Positions 61,183 to 64,000 of a DNA stretch of 64,000 bases are shown here, one piece after another. Numbering within the stretch: the stretch's first letter is position 1; every line of letters starts with the position of its first letter. The translations under genes were made by a program, and so were the position numbers. Source of the stretch: Candidatus Pacebacteria bacterium CG2_30_36_39 (GTDB lineage: Bacteria; Patescibacteriota; Microgenomatia; UBA1400; PJMF01); the NCBI GenBank assembly GCA_001873435.1, contig MNZB01000004.1:78030-142029 (forward strand). Direction: 5' to 3'. The notes below the pieces were generated by a model, which saw only the letters and a list, made by a program, of their open reading frames with translations, searched no databases and had not been told where the DNA came from.

Positions 61183-61241
61183 ATTGTGGGATTGTAACAT
61201 GGCGAGTGAAGTTTTACCACTCGATGTTACAACCCCACAAT
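61183..61241 (-). other. long imperfect stem-loop between rpoC and rpsL
   Basis: minus strand ATTGTGGGGTTGTAACATCGAGTG-9 nt loop-CACTCG(CC)ATGTTACAATCCCACAAT, about 24 bp. Confidence 0.75.
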
Positions 61242-61246
61242 TAATT

Positions 61247-64000
61247 TTACATTTCTCTAGCTCGTTCCTCACTGGTAGGAATTAATCTACCGATGATAAC
61301 GTTTTCCTTCAAACCACTGAGTGTATCGATCTTTCCAGCAGATGCAGCGTCAGTTAACACATGTTTAGTGTGTTGGAATGAAGCAGCAGAAAGCCAAGAA
61401 TCAGTGAACAATGAAGACCTGGTAATACCCAACAAGAGGACTTTAGCAGTAGCAGGTTCACCGCCGGCAGCCATAGTTTCATCATTAACAGCCATAAAGC
61501 GACTGCGTTCTGAAATTTCTCCAGTTAAATACTCAGTATCACCACTCATTTCGATGCGAACTTTATCTCCCATCTTACGAGCGATTACTTCAAAGTGACG
61601 ATCATTAATTGAGATACCTTGAGACTCATAAACATATTGCACTTGGCTAATAATATGTTGTTGAGCATAAAGCATACCTTGTAATTGCAAAAGCTCTTGG
61701 ATATCAGCTCCACCAGCAGTTAACAATTGACCTGGATGAACCAAATCACCATTCTCAACAATGATTGCAACATTAGAAGGAACGTTATATTGCTCTTCTT
61801 CGGTTGGAGGAGTGGTTGAAGTAATGGTGATGATCTTTTCTTCATCATTTTCTTCAATTTTCACTTTGCCACCAATACGAGCAATAACTGCAGGTAATTT
61901 TGGATTACGAGCTTCAAGTAACTCTTCTACGCGAGGTAAGCCCTGGGTAACGTCAAGACCAACGATACCACCAGAGTGTTTAACACGCATTGTAAGCTGA
62001 GTACCTGGCTCACCAATAGATTGAGCAGCAATTACACCAACTGGTACGCCAATCTCAACTTTTTCTCTGGTTGAGAAATCCCAACCATAGCAAGTTTGAC
62101 ACAAACCACGGCGAGCTTCACAAGTTAATGGTGAACGAATCACGACTGACTCAATTGCTTCATTGGTATCAAAAATCTTGGCTAATTCGTCATTAACAAT
62201 ATCACCTTTTTTGGCAATTACTTTTCTGCCGTCTTTGACATCTTCAGCTAAGAAGCGACCAATGAGACGGTTATAAAATGCGTCACGACGATGCTCTTTA
62301 GAAATCTCAATACCCTTGGTGGTTTCACAATCCTCCATACGAATGATGGCATCATGAGAAACATCGCTCAAACGTCTGGTTAAATAACCAGCATCAGCAG
62401 TTTTGATAGCTGAGTCTGTTAAGCCCTTACGAGAACCACGAGCGGAAGTAACGTATTCGAAAATTGTCAAACCTTGTCTAAAGTTAGACTTAGTTGGCAT
62501 TTCCACGATATTACCCAATGGATCGACTACTAAACCACGCATGGCTGCTAGCTGCTTAACCTGATCTTTAGAAGCACGAGTACCTCCAGAGTCGATCATG
62601 ATTTTTACAGCATTATCATTATCATATGAATTCCAAGTTTTTTCAGCTAATTCATCAGTTGTTTGCATCCAAACATCAATTGATTTTCTGCGACGTTCTT
62701 CGTCAGTAATCAAACCTTGGAAATAACTCTCCTGAACTGCTTCTACACGCTTATTAGCTTTATCAACGATAGCTGGTTTTTCATCAATCATACGACAGTC
62801 AGTCACAGATACTGATAAACCAGATCTAGTTGCAGCTTCAAAACCAAGATTCTTAATTGAGTCAATTAAACGAGCAACTTCTGAATCCTCATAGGTTTCG
62901 ATAGCGCGAGTAATCAATTCTTTAATATCTTTTGCTTTAACTGGTGCATTTACATAAGCAACGCCAGTTGGCATAAGATCATTAAAGCGCATGCGACCAA
63001 TGGTTGTAACCAAAATACCAACCTCTGGCAAACGCACAGTAATAGGTTGGCGTAAATTGACTAAACCAATTTGGAAAGCATGATATGCCTCATCTTTAGA
63101 AGCAAAGATGGTTGGCAATTTTTCAAGCTTCTCATCAATGGAGGTGTAATAATACACACCCATAGCCATTTCTTTATTTGGCACGGTGATAGGCTCACCG
63201 TTTGCTGGTTTCAACAAATTATGAGTAGCCATCATTAATTCTTCAGCTTCTTTACGAGCTTCTTTGGTCAAAGGTACATGAACAGCCATCTGGTCACCAT
63301 CAAAGTCAGCGTTATATCCAGAACATACACAAGGATGTAAGCGGATAGCACTTCCTTCAATTAACTGAGGATAGAAAGCTTGCATACCAAGCTTATGAAG
63401 GGTTGGGGCACGGTTCAAAATCACTGGGTGATTAGCCGTAACTTTTTCCAAAACATCATAAACCTCTGGTTCTCTACGATCAACTAAGTGACGAGCACTC
63501 TTAACATTAGGAGCTACTCCTTGAACAATTAATTCACGCAAAACATATGGTTTGAACATTTCCAAAGCCATATCTTTTGGCAAACCGCATTGATCAAGTT
63601 GTAATTCTGGACCGACAACGATAACACTACGACCTGAATAGTCTACGCGCTTACCAAGTAAGTTTTGACGGAAACGACCCTGTTTACCTCTCAACATTTC
63701 AGAGAGAGATCTCAAAGGTCTGCGATTGGATCTACGTCTGGTTTGACGAGCTTGACTACTATCAATTAATGAATCAACAGCTTCTTGAAGCATGCGCTTT
63801 TCATTGCGCAAAATAATTTCTGGAGCACCAAAAGAAATCAAATGTTTCAAACGATTGTTGCGATTAATAACTCTGCGATAAAGATCGTTAAGATCTGAAG
63901 AGGCAAAGCGACCACCAGAAAGTTGCACCATAGGACGTAAGTCTGCTGGTAAAACTGGCAAGATAGTTAAGAACATCGACTCTGGACTGATATTGGCTTT
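61247..64000 (-). CDS. rpoC: RNA polymerase beta' subunit (partial; 5' end outside the window)
   Basis: [38 protein letters not shown]. Confidence 0.98.
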   Translation of the reverse strand, partial: KANISPESMFLTILPVLPADLRPMVQLSGGRFASSDLNDLYRRVINRNNRLKHLISFGAPEIILRNEKRMLQEAVDSLIDSSQARQTRRRSNRRPLRSLSEMLRGKQGRFRQNLLGKRVDYSGRSVIVVGPELQLDQCGLPKDMALEMFKPYVLRELIVQGVAPNVKSARHLVDRREPEVYDVLEKVTANHPVILNRAPTLHKLGMQAFYPQLIEGSAIRLHPCVCSGYNADFDGDQMAVHVPLTKEARKEAEELMMATHNLLKPANGEPITVPNKEMAMGVYYYTSIDEKLEKLPTIFASKDEAYHAFQIGLVNLRQPITVRLPEVGILVTTIGRMRFNDLMPTGVAYVNAPVKAKDIKELITRAIETYEDSEVARLIDSIKNLGFEAATRSGLSVSVTDCRMIDEKPAIVDKANKRVEAVQESYFQGLITDEERRRKSIDVWMQTTDELAEKTWNSYDNDNAVKIMIDSGGTRASKDQVKQLAAMRGLVVDPLGNIVEMPTKSNFRQGLTIFEYVTSARGSRKGLTDSAIKTADAGYLTRRLSDVSHDAIIRMEDCETTKGIEISKEHRRDAFYNRLIGRFLAEDVKDGRKVIAKKGDIVNDELAKIFDTNEAIESVVIRSPLTCEARRGLCQTCYGWDFSTREKVEIGVPVGVIAAQSIGEPGTQLTMRVKHSGGIVGLDVTQGLPRVEELLEARNPKLPAVIARIGGKVKIEENDEEKIITITSTTPPTEEEQYNVPSNVAIIVENGDLVHPGQLLTAGGADIQELLQLQGMLYAQQHIISQVQYVYESQGISINDRHFEVIARKMGDKVRIEMSGDTEYLTGEISERSRFMAVNDETMAAGGEPATAKVLLLGITRSSLFTDSWLSAASFQHTKHVLTDAASAGKIDTLSGLKENVIIGRLIPTSEERAREM

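Noticed and set aside
41074-62000. Many + strand ORFs across the ribosomal cluster
   Set aside because: They are antisense shadows of conserved genes with no recognisable motifs.

Overview
Chromosomal segment of an AT-rich, reduced-genome bacterium, most likely Patescibacteria/CPR of the Microgenomates group. This is an inference from the missing rpmD/L30 in the spc operon, a DUF4012 protein, several GT-C glycosyltransferases and tight gene packing. TGA is used as a stop, so genetic code 11 applies. About 40.8-64 kb is one minus-strand supercluster: rpoC (partial)-rpsL-rpsG-fusA-tuf, the S10, spc and alpha operons, then rplM-rpsI. About 1-40.7 kb holds prfB, ftsEX with an M23 peptidase, a hydrolase-MurF-DegT-FemX cell-wall operon, glycosyltransferases, three tRNA-Ser genes, a divergent PRPP synthetase, an argG-deaminase-DHODH-like operon, surface proteins and HU. 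The most notable observations are: (1) an intact tRNA-Ser with anticodon ACT (A34 in the split AGN box) alongside a normal Ser(GCT); (2) an ArgG-MGS domain fusion co-transcribed with cytosine-deaminase-like and DHODH/PreA-like genes, behind a leader with a uORF and a terminator; (3) a circularly permuted M23 peptidase downstream of ftsEX; (4) gene-strand-independent GC-skew switches near tRNA genes. I saw no CRISPR array, integrase, transposase or rRNA. All family calls come from motif recognition by eye; no database was searched.
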